64,000 nt of DNA from Arenicellales bacterium. GTDB lineage: Bacteria; Pseudomonadota; Gammaproteobacteria; Arenicellales; JAJDZL01. The stretch lies in NCBI GenBank assembly GCA_965200545.1, contig CBDAUJ010000002.1, positions 1,224,850 to 1,288,849 on the forward strand. Reading direction: 5' to 3'. A program made the position numbers and the translations under genes. The notes under the pieces are model-generated. The model had not been told where the DNA came from. It ran no database searches and saw nothing but the letters and a program-made list of their open reading frames with translations. Positions 21,060 to 31,146 of the stretch are shown here, piece after piece (position 1 is the stretch's first letter; every line of letters starts with the position of its first letter).

Positions 21060-21683
21060 ATGCGCAAGTCGAAACATCGAGTGCGCTGTGATGTGCGGTA
21101 CGAGGCTGCCCGGATTATGGCGGAAGAAGGTGTGCGGGATTACAAGATGGCGAAAGAAAAAGCGGTGCGCCGCGTCGGCGCGACTGCTGGCCAGATTGTG
21201 CCGACAAACCTGGAAATCGAGGAATCTTTAGCTGAGCATTTGCAAATCTTTCAGCGCGAGTCGGTGTCTAGTGCACACCGCAAGTATTTGCGCACCGCGT
21301 GCGAACTGATGCAGCTGCTGTGCGCCTATTCACCTTTTGCAGTCGGCGCGGTGCTGACTGGCAACATTACTTCATCACGACCTATCGAGATGCATGTATT
21401 TTGCGATACGATCGAGGAAGTGTTTGAGCTGCTGGAAAAAAACGCACAGCGGCTTCGAATTGCAGACAAGCAGCCGCGATTTTTCGGCGGATTTAAGAAT
21501 ATTTCATGCCTGGAGCTGGAATATTTCGAAGTCAATGTTGAAATTCTCGCCTTTTTACGTGCGGATCCCTATCCGCCGCTGAGTCCTGTCGACGGCAAGC
21601 CGGTCCGCAAAGCTTCGCTGAAGAAAGTGACCAAGATGCTAAACGAGGCCTCTTTGTCGATGGCGGCTGCGCCAATGGGCTAA
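21060..21683 (+). CDS. Conserved hypothetical protein coupled to mrcA
   Basis: The ORF opens at a TTG at 21042, overlapping the mrcA stop, and an in-frame ATG lies at 21060. I recognise no firm motif. A nucleotidyltransferase-like fold is only a guess. Confidence 0.5.
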   Translation: MRKSKHRVRCDVRYEAARIMAEEGVRDYKMAKEKAVRRVGATAGQIVPTNLEIEESLAEHLQIFQRESVSSAHRKYLRTACELMQLLCAYSPFAVGAVLTGNITSSRPIEMHVFCDTIEEVFELLEKNAQRLRIADKQPRFFGGFKNISCLELEYFEVNVEILAFLRADPYPPLSPVDGKPVRKASLKKVTKMLNEASLSMAAAPMG

Positions 21684-21695
21684 ATGTTTGCAGAA

Positions 21696-24353
21696 TCAAG
21701 CCGACGACGCGACTGTCGCTGATTTGCGGCGCCGGCTTGTACCGCCTTTTTCGCTGCTGCGGTTTGGAGCTTTACGTTTCTTTCGGGCAGTGCGGGTTTG
21801 TTTTGCCGCTGCTTTGGCTGTGATTATTTCCTGACAGTCTGCCAAAGTCAATTCTTTCGGAATACGATTTTTTGGAATGGTCGCATTGGTTTTGCCATCG
21901 GTGGCATAAGGTCCGTATCGTCCTTCAAGAATCTGAATGTCTGATCCTTCGAACGTCTTGAGGACGGTTTTCGGAAAATTTGTTTTTTTGCTTAAATTTT
22001 TCGGATCCGCCATGATCTCAAGCGCTCTTTCCAAGGTTAGAGCATAAGGATCATCATCGCCGCCTAGACTGGCGGTTGTGATTGCTTTGCCTGCTTGCTT
22101 GGTCGCAAGATAGAACCCAAACCGGCCTTTGGTGACAAAAAGGTCATGCCCGTCTTTGTTTTTGCCTAAATGAATTGGCAGTTTCGGACGCGCCAGAATT
22201 GCCTCGATATCCGCCATTGTTACCGTGTCTGGATTTTGCCCGGGATCCAGGCTGTAAGTGAGTTTCGTTTCTTGCTCTCCGTCTCGCAAGATGGCACTGA
22301 TGTAAGGACCGTAACGACCTTTTGATACGATGATGTCGGAACCATCGCTGGCCGTGCCGAGTACCCGCGGACCTGTTGGCTTGCTGAACTGCTCCAAGGC
22401 CCAGTCGAAGTCCACAGTTTCCGGGTCGGTATCATCGGGCAGCGGGCGGAATTGCGGCTTGCCCTGTCCATCTTCCTGGCGCCCCAGTTGCAAAAACGGA
22501 CTGCCCTGGCGCACACGAACAATAACGGTGCGCTTGCTATCCGGATGCTCGCCGAGGATTTTCTCAAATCGCGGTGCATCGCCGCCGTCTTTCAAGTCGA
22601 CACTGAATTGTTTCCAAAAGTTGTCGAGCAGATCGACCCGCTGGCGTTCGCCGCGAGCGATTTCGTCGAGATTGTCTTCCAGTTTGCTGGTGAATTCGTA
22701 ATCGATATAGCGGGTAAATCGCTGATTGAGATAGTTGACAACGGTACAGCCTAAGCCTTTGGCGATGAAACTCTGCTTGTCCATCTCAACATACTTGCGA
22801 GCTTGCAGTTTCGTGATTATAGTCGGCCAAGTGGAAGGGCGGCCAATGCCATGCTCCTCAAGCTGTTTGATCAGACTGGCCGTTGTATAGCGCGCCGGCG
22901 GCTGAGTGAAGTGCTGCTCGGTGTTGATCGCGCTCACCTGCAGCCGCTGTCCTTCCTGCAGCGGCGGCAGCTGATTTTCTGAGTTGTCTTTTGGGCTACG
23001 CCCATCAGGCCGAGTATCGCTCAGGTAAAGTGTCATCCAGCCCGGCTCAATGAGTGTGGAGCCGGTCATCTGGAAAGCGTAACTCGCGGTCTCGAAAACA
23101 GCGGTTACGCTGCGATATTTGGCATCTGTCATCTGGGACGCGACGGCACGGTTCCAGATCAGGCGATAAAGCGCAAACTGCTCTTTGGTCAAATCCGCTT
23201 GTACTGTCTGCGGTGTCAGTGCGATATCGGTCGGGCGAATGGCCTCATGCGCTTCTTGGGCATTTTTGGACTTTGTTTTGTAAAGTCGAGCCTTGGCGGG
23301 CAAATTGCTGCGGCCTAGTCGGGCGCCGATGTGGTCTCTGATCTGATCAATCGCCAAGCTTGACAAAGTCACAGAATCCGTGCGTGTATAGGTGATCAAT
23401 CCGACTTGCTGACCGCTGATTGTGAGTCCCTCGTAGAGTTTCTGCGCCACCGCCGCGGTTTGCCTCGCACTCATTCTGAGTCTGCTGGCGGCATCTTGAA
23501 CTAAAGTTGATGTGGTGTAAGGCGGTCGCGGTTTTTTCGACAGGATTTTGCTTGTGATCTTGGATACTGCGATGCATTTACGGTTGCCGCAGCGGTCTAA
23601 TTCTGCTTCGATACTGGCTTTGGTCTCAGTGGCAGCGGACTCGCTGCAAATCGCAAATTTATCCAGTTTCTTGCCGGAGTGACTGATCAAGCTGGCTTTG
23701 AGCGATCGGGTTTCTGGATCTGGATTGCCGTCGCCGGCAATTGTCTGCAAAGCTGCTTCAAGGGTCCAGAATTCCTCAGGCTTGAAACGATTGATCTCGC
23801 GCTGACGCTCGACAATCAGCCGCAGAGCCGGGCTTTGCACCCGGCCGGCTGAAAGGCCGCCGGTATTGAGCTTGCGCATCAGCAGCTTCGATAAGTTAAA
23901 CCCGACCAGCTGATCCAGCGCGTCGCGAGCCTGCTGTGCGTTGACTAAGTTATGCGAAATCTCAGACGGGTTGTCGATGGCGGCCTGTATCGCTTTGCCA
24001 GTGACTTCATGGAACACAATTCTATGCACTGGCTTGTGCTTGAGTTTGCCTTTTTTCTGCAGCCAGTCATAGACGTGATAAGAGATTGCCTCACCTTCGC
24101 GGTCCGGGTCTGTCGCAAGGTACAGTCTCTCGGCCGATTGCATGTTTTTCGTGATTGCCTTGACAAACTTTTTCTTTGATTCGATCAGCTCGTATTGGGG
24201 ATTGAATTGATTTTCAATGTCAATGCTGACGGTTTCATAAATATGGCCGCCGGTGGCAAGGATGGTGAAAGAATCGCCGTTCTTGCCAGTATTCAGATAG
24301 CGGCCGATTGTTTTTGACTTCGCCGGTGACTCGACGACGACTAGATTGCGCAT
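21696..24353 (-). CDS. topA: DNA topoisomerase I
   Basis: 885-aa ORF. Toprim start VVVESPAKSKTI, a type IA core, and a Lys/Arg-rich C-terminal tail. Confidence 0.95.
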   Translation of the reverse strand: MRNLVVVESPAKSKTIGRYLNTGKNGDSFTILATGGHIYETVSIDIENQFNPQYELIESKKKFVKAITKNMQSAERLYLATDPDREGEAISYHVYDWLQKKGKLKHKPVHRIVFHEVTGKAIQAAIDNPSEISHNLVNAQQARDALDQLVGFNLSKLLMRKLNTGGLSAGRVQSPALRLIVERQREINRFKPEEFWTLEAALQTIAGDGNPDPETRSLKASLISHSGKKLDKFAICSESAATETKASIEAELDRCGNRKCIAVSKITSKILSKKPRPPYTTSTLVQDAASRLRMSARQTAAVAQKLYEGLTISGQQVGLITYTRTDSVTLSSLAIDQIRDHIGARLGRSNLPAKARLYKTKSKNAQEAHEAIRPTDIALTPQTVQADLTKEQFALYRLIWNRAVASQMTDAKYRSVTAVFETASYAFQMTGSTLIEPGWMTLYLSDTRPDGRSPKDNSENQLPPLQEGQRLQVSAINTEQHFTQPPARYTTASLIKQLEEHGIGRPSTWPTIITKLQARKYVEMDKQSFIAKGLGCTVVNYLNQRFTRYIDYEFTSKLEDNLDEIARGERQRVDLLDNFWKQFSVDLKDGGDAPRFEKILGEHPDSKRTVIVRVRQGSPFLQLGRQEDGQGKPQFRPLPDDTDPETVDFDWALEQFSKPTGPRVLGTASDGSDIIVSKGRYGPYISAILRDGEQETKLTYSLDPGQNPDTVTMADIEAILARPKLPIHLGKNKDGHDLFVTKGRFGFYLATKQAGKAITTASLGGDDDPYALTLERALEIMADPKNLSKKTNFPKTVLKTFEGSDIQILEGRYGPYATDGKTNATIPKNRIPKELTLADCQEIITAKAAAKQTRTARKKRKAPNRSSEKGGTSRRRKSATVASSA

Positions 24354-25475
24354 TGTGCTGGAAGCGAATAAGTGATTGAGAAACTAGAGATACGCAGATG
24401 CGATGAACACCGCATGCTGCGCACACCGCATTTACATTGTAATTGATTAAACTGAACGCGGGGCGCGACTGTGGGGCAGGCGACAAGACGGCAAGCATCG
24501 CAGACTTGGGCTATAACAGCGCAGCGGCCTCGTGATTTGATGATTCAGAGATTGCCAAAGAGCAGCGGCTCATCTGGAGCGAAGGCAAGCAGACAGGTCA
24601 ACAGCCAGTGTTGCAATTCGGCTGGCGGGAAGTGCTCTGAATGGTCTGAATGCAGTTCAGCAGGGGTGATCATGGCAGCGTCAAAAGAGCCCTCCGCGCG
24701 GCTACAAAAGGCACCCGAAAGATTGCGGCAGCACTGGCACGCTCGGGTGCACGAAGCAATGGAAGTCTATGAAAAAGATCATCATGCGAGCAAAGACAGA
24801 CAAGAAAGCCGACTCTTCGCAGTTTTTTCGAGCATAGCCGACACGGAACGCATGAGTTATCTTTTTCGGAGGTTTTGAATTTCAGGGCCTAGATTCAAAT
24901 CGAGCGTGTGCTAATTGGAAGAACAGCACAGTTTATGACAGGTGCCCCAAGATCAAAACTTGATCATATTCCCGGAATGCCGGCCGCACGTTCTCCACAC
25001 GATAATGATTGGCATCGGTTGGTCAAAACGACAAGATTGGGGTTGAGTGCACATTTTTTCCGATCAGTTGCGGTTTCGAAATAAGTGCTTTCCTTCAATA
25101 GATTGCAGCTCAAGCAGTGCCTGCATCGCATTCTTGCGCCGAATAAGACGGTCATGTATGGGGCGGCTTTATTTCATATTCGAATTCATCAATATCCGAT
25201 TGACTCGGTAACGAATTGCGTTGCCGGCCAGCAACGGCATCGCCGTCATGTGCGGCATCTTGCGCAAAATGCACGGGTTCAGATCTGCATCGGCCTCACT
25301 GATTTTTTTGTATATTGCCCATTGTGAATATGCCAAACGCCGTTCACATCGACACCTGTCGAGCTGATTCCTGTTTGGTGCCGGTTGAATCTGCGGTGTC
25401 AATTCAGACGACATACTCGTCATTGAGTTTTTTGTTTCAATGAATGCGTTGCGCATTCTATTTGCCTTTTATGCC

Positions 25476-26000
25476 ATGCCACTGAAAGAAATCCTGATTT
25501 ATCCAGACCCGCGCCTGCGAACAGTTGCGATGCCGGTGACTGACTTCAACGCCGAAATCGCTCAGATTGTCGATGACATGGCGGAAACCATGTACCATGC
25601 CCCAGGTGTCGGTCTTGCATCGATTCAGGTAGGCATAGAGCAGGCAATCGTCGTGATTGATGTTTCCGAAACCAAAGATGATCTGAAGGTGCTGATTAAT
25701 CCAAAAATCATTGACTGCCGTGGCGAGCAGGTCATTGAAGAGGGATGCCTTTCGTTTCCCGGCTACTGGGCAAGCATTCGTCGCAGCGAGTGGATTCGTT
25801 TTGAGGCATATGACGCTGACGGGATGCCTTATGAAATGGAGGCTGATGGCTTGTTTGCCGTTTGTGTGCAGCACGAAATTGATCACCTTTCCGGGAAACT
25901 TTTCACTGACTATTTATCACGGTTGAAAAATCAGCGGATGCGGCGGCATTTCGACAAGGCAGCCCGCTCCAGAAGACGCGCCAGCCTCGCAGACGCGTAG
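25476..26000 (+). CDS. def: Peptide deformylase
   Basis: Motifs GVGLASIQ, EGCLSFP and HEIDH. The ATG at 25476 gives the typical MPLKEILIYPDPRLR start. The ORF opens at 25440. Confidence 0.95.
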   Translation: MPLKEILIYPDPRLRTVAMPVTDFNAEIAQIVDDMAETMYHAPGVGLASIQVGIEQAIVVIDVSETKDDLKVLINPKIIDCRGEQVIEEGCLSFPGYWASIRRSEWIRFEAYDADGMPYEMEADGLFAVCVQHEIDHLSGKLFTDYLSRLKNQRMRRHFDKAARSRRRASLADA

Positions 26001-26064
26001 CGGCTGATCTCAGATTTGATCGGCATCAGCCCAAATATTCCATGCCGTCGCACGTGCTGAAACT

Positions 26065-27006
26065 ATGTCACTGCGCGTCATTTTTGCGGGAACCCCGCAG
26101 TTTGCAGTCCCCAGTCTACGGCAGCTGATCGATTCGGAGCATACCGTTGCAGGAGTGCTGACACAGCCTGACCGCCGCCGCGGCCGCGGCCGCATCAGTA
26201 TGCCGCCGGAGGTTAAATCCCTCGCACTGGAACATAATTTGGCCATCATACAGCCGCAGAAATTAAACCGCGAAGTCACAGCCACAATCGCAAGCCTCGA
26301 ACCGGACTTGATGATTGTGGTTGCTTATGGATTGATGATTCCAAAAGAAATGCTTGCACTGCCGCGGCTGGGATGTGTAAATGTGCATGCCTCACTGTTG
26401 CCAAGGTGGCGCGGTGCGGCGCCGATTGCCCGTGCTATCGAATATGGTGACAGCGTGACGGGCATCAGTATTATGCAACTGGATGCCGGCTTGGACAGCG
26501 GACCGGTGTATTCGATGCGTCGCTGTCCGATTGAATCGGACGATACCACGCAATCTCTGCAGCTGAAACTGGCCGCGCTCGGCGCAGCGGAACTGAGTGC
26601 CGTTGTTGGGCAGATGGAAAGCAGCTGCATAACACCTCGCCCGCAAGATGAGACTGCGGCGACTTATGCCGCCAAACTCACATCTGCCGAGGCGCCGATC
26701 GACTGGCATGCCGCCGCCGCGCGGATCCAGCGTAAAATTCACGCCCTGAATCCCTGGCCGGTTGCGCACAGCTGGATTGCAGGCGAGCGAGTTCGAATCT
26801 GGCAAGCGCGGCTGTATGAAGATGCAAATCTGCGCGGCAAGCCGGGGCAAATCGTACTGCAGGACCAGCGAACTCTCGTGGTGATGACAGGTGCGGGTTT
26901 GCTGGAGATTACATGGCTGCAAAAGGAGGGCAAAAAAAGACTGCCGGCACACGATTTTCTGGCTGGCAACCCGCTGAAGACTGGCAGTGTCTTTGGATTG
27001 CAATGA
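26065..27006 (+). CDS. fmt: Methionyl-tRNA formyltransferase
   Basis: Motif HASLLPRWRGAAPI. Follows def. Confidence 0.95.
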   Translation: MSLRVIFAGTPQFAVPSLRQLIDSEHTVAGVLTQPDRRRGRGRISMPPEVKSLALEHNLAIIQPQKLNREVTATIASLEPDLMIVVAYGLMIPKEMLALPRLGCVNVHASLLPRWRGAAPIARAIEYGDSVTGISIMQLDAGLDSGPVYSMRRCPIESDDTTQSLQLKLAALGAAELSAVVGQMESSCITPRPQDETAATYAAKLTSAEAPIDWHAAAARIQRKIHALNPWPVAHSWIAGERVRIWQARLYEDANLRGKPGQIVLQDQRTLVVMTGAGLLEITWLQKEGKKRLPAHDFLAGNPLKTGSVFGLQ

Positions 27007-28334
27007 AGGGTATTTCCGCCGCCAGAAAGAATTATCGTGGCAATACCCGCGCGGCCGCGGCCGATGCGATTGGTCGGATCATTCAATCCAGAGCCAGGAT
27101 CGATCAGGTGATAGCGGCCGTCTGCACTGAATTTTCGATGCAGGACCGCCAGTTCATCGCCGAGCTGGTCTACGGTGTCGTTCGCTGGCATCTTCGACTG
27201 AGTTTCTACCTCACCGGCTTGCTTGATCGTCCGCTGAAAGCCAAACATGCAGATATTTCTACATTATTGCTGGTGGGCATGTATCAAATCGAGTTTATGC
27301 GCGTCGCCCGCTATGCCGCCGTATCGCAGACCGTAGCTGGCGCCGACGTGCTCGGCAAGCCGTGGGCTCGCAGTCTGATCAATGCCATACTGAGAAAATT
27401 TCTTGTTGCGGACGGTCACATTCGCACCCGCCAGATCGATGCAGCGATCCGATATTCCCATCCGCAGTGGATGGTTGAGATGCTGGAAGAGCAGTGGCCT
27501 GATGACTGGCAAGATATATTGCGCAACAACAACATGCGGCCGGTGATGGTTCTGCGTGTCAATCTCAATCGTTGCAGTGTGCCGCAGTATCTGCAACTGC
27601 TCAAAGACCAGCAGATTGCCGCGAGTGCCGCCGCAGCGGCGCCTGCCGCTGTGGTTTTGCATGCAAGGATGGCGCCAGCTGCATTGCCTGGATTTACACA
27701 GGGTTTGGTTTCGGTGCAGAATATGGCTTCGCAAATGGCTGCCCCTGCGCTCGCCCTGCAGTCGGGATATCGGGTTTTGGATGCCTGTTCTGCACCGGGC
27801 GGCAAGTTGACCCACATGCTTGAATTAGAGCCGGCGGTTGCGGACATGACTGCACTCGACATCAGTGAAATCCGCTGCAGTGAAATATTAGATAATCTGG
27901 CGCGGATGGGTCAATCAGCGAGAGTTATGACGGCGGATGCAGCGCAGCCAAAGAACTGGTGGAGCGGCGATCGGTTTGATCGCATTTTGCTTGATGCGCC
28001 ATGTTCTGCGGTCGGTGTGATTCGTAAACATCCAGATATCAAGATTCATCGCCGGGCGACAGATGTCATGAAGTCTTCAGCGGCGCAGAAACGACTGCTC
28101 GGTGCGCTGCTGCCGTTGCTTGGCCCGGGTGGCAAACTGCTCTATACAACCTGTTCCATCCTGCGCCAGGAAAACGATGATGTGATCGGCGCGATTGTCA
28201 GGCATATGCCAGCTGTGCAAGTTCAACCGCTTGATGGCAGCTTCGGGCGGGCAACCCGTTTCGGTCGCCAGCGTCTGCCGGATTCAGATCACAGCGATGG
28301 TTTCTATTACGCCATGCTCACTAAAGAGTCGTGA
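27003..28334 (+). CDS. rsmB: 16S rRNA (cytosine967-C5)-methyltransferase
   Basis: NusB-like N-domain, SAM motif DACSAPGGK and catalytic TCS. The ATG at 27003 forms an ATGA overlap with the fmt stop. The ORF opens at 26913. Confidence 0.92.
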   Translation: MKGISAARKNYRGNTRAAAADAIGRIIQSRARIDQVIAAVCTEFSMQDRQFIAELVYGVVRWHLRLSFYLTGLLDRPLKAKHADISTLLLVGMYQIEFMRVARYAAVSQTVAGADVLGKPWARSLINAILRKFLVADGHIRTRQIDAAIRYSHPQWMVEMLEEQWPDDWQDILRNNNMRPVMVLRVNLNRCSVPQYLQLLKDQQIAASAAAAAPAAVVLHARMAPAALPGFTQGLVSVQNMASQMAAPALALQSGYRVLDACSAPGGKLTHMLELEPAVADMTALDISEIRCSEILDNLARMGQSARVMTADAAQPKNWWSGDRFDRILLDAPCSAVGVIRKHPDIKIHRRATDVMKSSAAQKRLLGALLPLLGPGGKLLYTTCSILRQENDDVIGAIVRHMPAVQVQPLDGSFGRATRFGRQRLPDSDHSDGFYYAMLTKES

Positions 28335-28927
28335 CGATCTGTTCTGCATCCTGGCTTGCCGCATCGCTTGCGACCAAAGGTGCCCGTGGGATGCGTACGG
28401 TTTTTGCCGCACTGACTTTTGCATGTTCGCTGGACGCGTTCGGCTTTGTCGTAGAAGAAGTTTCAGCTTCGCGTGTTGAGAGTGAGATTCGTCTTTCATT
28501 CAGCGCCTCGATTGAACTGACACAGCCCGTAATTGAAGCGCTGCGGGCAGGGGTGCCGGTTATGATTGTGACCGAAGCGAATATCTTTCAGCGCCGGTCT
28601 TATTTGCCCGATGATCTGATTGGCATCCACGAATCCACAGCCATCATCACCTACCGCAGCCTGTATGGGGACTACACGATTCGACGCAGTGGCAGCGATG
28701 CCGCTCAATCCTACGCAAGCTTGCCGAAAGCTCTGCAGTCCCTTGGCGAGCAGATTAAGCTCAAACTTGATCTTACTGATGAGAGTCTTCTCACGCCGGA
28801 GCCTTATCGCGGCCGCATACGGGTATATCTCAAGCGTTCTGGCCTGCCCTCGGTGATGCAGATTCCGGCTTACTTTGATGAGGCTTGGAATCTCAATACG
28901 GGCTGGCAATTATTTGACGTTTTATGA
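28331..28927 (+). CDS. DUF4390-like periplasmic protein
   Basis: A 198-aa ORF between rsmB and a sensor kinase, the usual context of DUF4390. The internal Met at 28391 gives the signal peptide MRTVFAALTFACSLDAFG and may be the true start. Confidence 0.6.
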   Translation: MTICSASWLAASLATKGARGMRTVFAALTFACSLDAFGFVVEEVSASRVESEIRLSFSASIELTQPVIEALRAGVPVMIVTEANIFQRRSYLPDDLIGIHESTAIITYRSLYGDYTIRRSGSDAAQSYASLPKALQSLGEQIKLKLDLTDESLLTPEPYRGRIRVYLKRSGLPSVMQIPAYFDEAWNLNTGWQLFDVL

Positions 28928-31146
28928 ACGCGAGCCTGATCAAGCGACCGAGCAACATCTGGATTCTGCTGTCTGTGGTGTTGCTAGGCATCGTGTCTGT
29001 GACCATAGTGGACTTGATTCTTGGCACCTATTGGCTGGATTTGGCCAATGAAAATCAAGTTTTCCTGCTGTTTGTGAACTTGAGCGGGATCGGATTGCTT
29101 TGCATTTTGATTGGCTACTACAGCTACCATCTGCTCCGCCGCCGCCGGCAAAAAATTCTTGGCACGCAGCTGACTATGCGCTTCCTGAGAATATTTGCGG
29201 CACTGCTGCTCTCGGCACTTGGCATCGTTTACGTATTTTCTTTTCTGTCGATCAGTCGCGGCATAGAAAGTTGGTATGACGTACAGGTCTCCGAGGCGTT
29301 GCGGGAAGTGAATCAGCTGAGCGACTTGTTTATCGATTCTGTGGAAGAGAAACTTGCGCAGGATTTGAGCGATGTCGTTGAGCAGCTGGCAAAATCACCT
29401 ACACGTGATGAAATTGGCGATATCTTGTTTGCCGCCCGAATCGCGGGGGACTATGAGGAGATTACCTATTTTGACGATCTGACCAGCGTCACTGGAATTG
29501 TGGCCTCGAGCTTGTCGAGTACTGATACACTGATTCCCCAAACGCCGGATCTGCGCATTATTGAACAAGCTCTGCTGAGCGAGCCGACATCAAGCTCCCC
29601 CGTTGGAAAAATTGTTCCGCTCGAAAGTGGCGGTGCGCAGCTTCGAATCCTGATTCCAGTGCTGATCGCCGATACCGATAAGCGTCATTTTTTGCAAGTC
29701 GTGTCACGCCTGCCGCAAAGTTCGCAGCGCCTTGCCGAGACCATTGGCAGCGTCAATGAGCAGTATCAGACACTCGTTTTTTTGCGGGCGCCCCTGAAGC
29801 TGAATTTCGTCCTGACTTTGACGTTCGTGACTTTGCTGGTGGTATTGCTGGCCATCTGGGCTGCAATGCAACTGACACAGCGTCTGGTTAATCCAATCTA
29901 TCAGCTGTCCAAAGGCACACAAGAAGTCGCCAAAGGCGATTACGGCCGGATTTTGCCCCTGACCGCGCGCGACGACCTCGGCATACTGGTTGAGTCATTC
30001 AATACGATGACCGTCGAGATCAAGGAATCTCACGAAAAAATCCAGCGCAGTCAGGAACTCGCTGAACGCCAGCGATCTTACCTTGAGGTTGTGCTGAAGC
30101 ATTTGTCATCTGGGGTTGTCTTCATTGAAGAGAATGTCAGACTGACGGACTTGAACCTTGCCGCACAGCGCATGCTGGGGATTGATGTGAGCGATTTGGA
30201 AAGCGTCGAGATTGAGGCAGCGATCGGCCGCTATGCGAACCTTGAGCCGCTGTTCAAAATGTTTCTCGTTGGCATTGCGGGTACGGAGTCTGATTTGGGT
30301 GACACCGTAAAAATGACGACCGACCAAGGCGAGCGGGTATTCAAGTGCGCAGTGACGAAACTTGCCGTCAGCGGCGGTTACAAAAACACGCATGTGGCGG
30401 TGATCGAGGACATCACAGATCTGGTCAATGCCCAGCGCGGACTGGTCTGGATGAATGTGGCGGAGCGTATGACGCACGAATTGCTTACGCCGCTGCAGCC
30501 CATACGCTTGGCAGTCGATAGAATTCGCCTGAAGACGCAAAAGTGTCTCGCGGCTGAGGATAGTGAGTCGCTGGAGTTTGCCTACAGCGCAATTAGTCGC
30601 CAGCTTGATTCAATGCAAAGAATTGTCAATGACTTTCGCGATTACCGCGGCATCAATAAACTCACTTGCAAGCAAGCGAACATCAATTCCATCATCAAGG
30701 ATGTTGTTGCGCTGCTCGCCACCGGGCGGCAGCACAATTTGATTGCACTGCAGGTTGACAGGCGGCGCCAGACCATCATCGTTGATCCGGAACAGATCGT
30801 GAGGATGCTGAATAATCTGATTGCCAACGCGATTGATGCGGTCAGCGGCGTTGAGCATCCGCGTATCCATATCAAGACGAAATGGCTTGAAGACGATTCA
30901 ATTCGCATCACCATCGCTGACAATGGACCGGGTTTTGACAGCGAGGTGCTGGAACGATTGTTTCAGCCGTACGTGTCGACCAAGAAAAAGGGCGTGGGAC
31001 TGGGCCTCGGCATCGTGAAGCAGATCATCGATCGCCATGGCGGACAGATCCACGTTGTCAATTCGACTTCCGGCGGCGCTGAGGTCGTCGTGCAATTGCC
31101 AGCCGTCGGATCCCCGCCGGCGCATTCCGAAAGGAGTTTCAAGTGA
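28924..31146 (+). CDS. NtrY-like sensor histidine kinase (TM-HAMP-PAS-HisKA-HATPase)
   Basis: 740-aa ORF with N-terminal TM helices, H-box MTHELLTPLQPI, and the G-boxes DNGPGF and GVGLGLGIV. An ATGA overlap joins it to the upstream gene. Confidence 0.88.
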   Translation: MNASLIKRPSNIWILLSVVLLGIVSVTIVDLILGTYWLDLANENQVFLLFVNLSGIGLLCILIGYYSYHLLRRRRQKILGTQLTMRFLRIFAALLLSALGIVYVFSFLSISRGIESWYDVQVSEALREVNQLSDLFIDSVEEKLAQDLSDVVEQLAKSPTRDEIGDILFAARIAGDYEEITYFDDLTSVTGIVASSLSSTDTLIPQTPDLRIIEQALLSEPTSSSPVGKIVPLESGGAQLRILIPVLIADTDKRHFLQVVSRLPQSSQRLAETIGSVNEQYQTLVFLRAPLKLNFVLTLTFVTLLVVLLAIWAAMQLTQRLVNPIYQLSKGTQEVAKGDYGRILPLTARDDLGILVESFNTMTVEIKESHEKIQRSQELAERQRSYLEVVLKHLSSGVVFIEENVRLTDLNLAAQRMLGIDVSDLESVEIEAAIGRYANLEPLFKMFLVGIAGTESDLGDTVKMTTDQGERVFKCAVTKLAVSGGYKNTHVAVIEDITDLVNAQRGLVWMNVAERMTHELLTPLQPIRLAVDRIRLKTQKCLAAEDSESLEFAYSAISRQLDSMQRIVNDFRDYRGINKLTCKQANINSIIKDVVALLATGRQHNLIALQVDRRRQTIIVDPEQIVRMLNNLIANAIDAVSGVEHPRIHIKTKWLEDDSIRITIADNGPGFDSEVLERLFQPYVSTKKKGVGLGLGIVKQIIDRHGGQIHVVNSTSGGAEVVVQLPAVGSPPAHSERSFK

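Noticed and set aside
24471-24878. 135-aa plus-strand ORF in the topA-def gap
   Set aside because: It has no RBS and no motifs, and its composition (Ser/Ala/Arg/Gln-rich) looks random. It is not supported as a gene, although the gap itself is flagged as a finding.
26392-27248. Minus-strand ORFs of 203 and 169 aa
   Set aside because: They are antisense to fmt and rsmB. Shadow ORFs.
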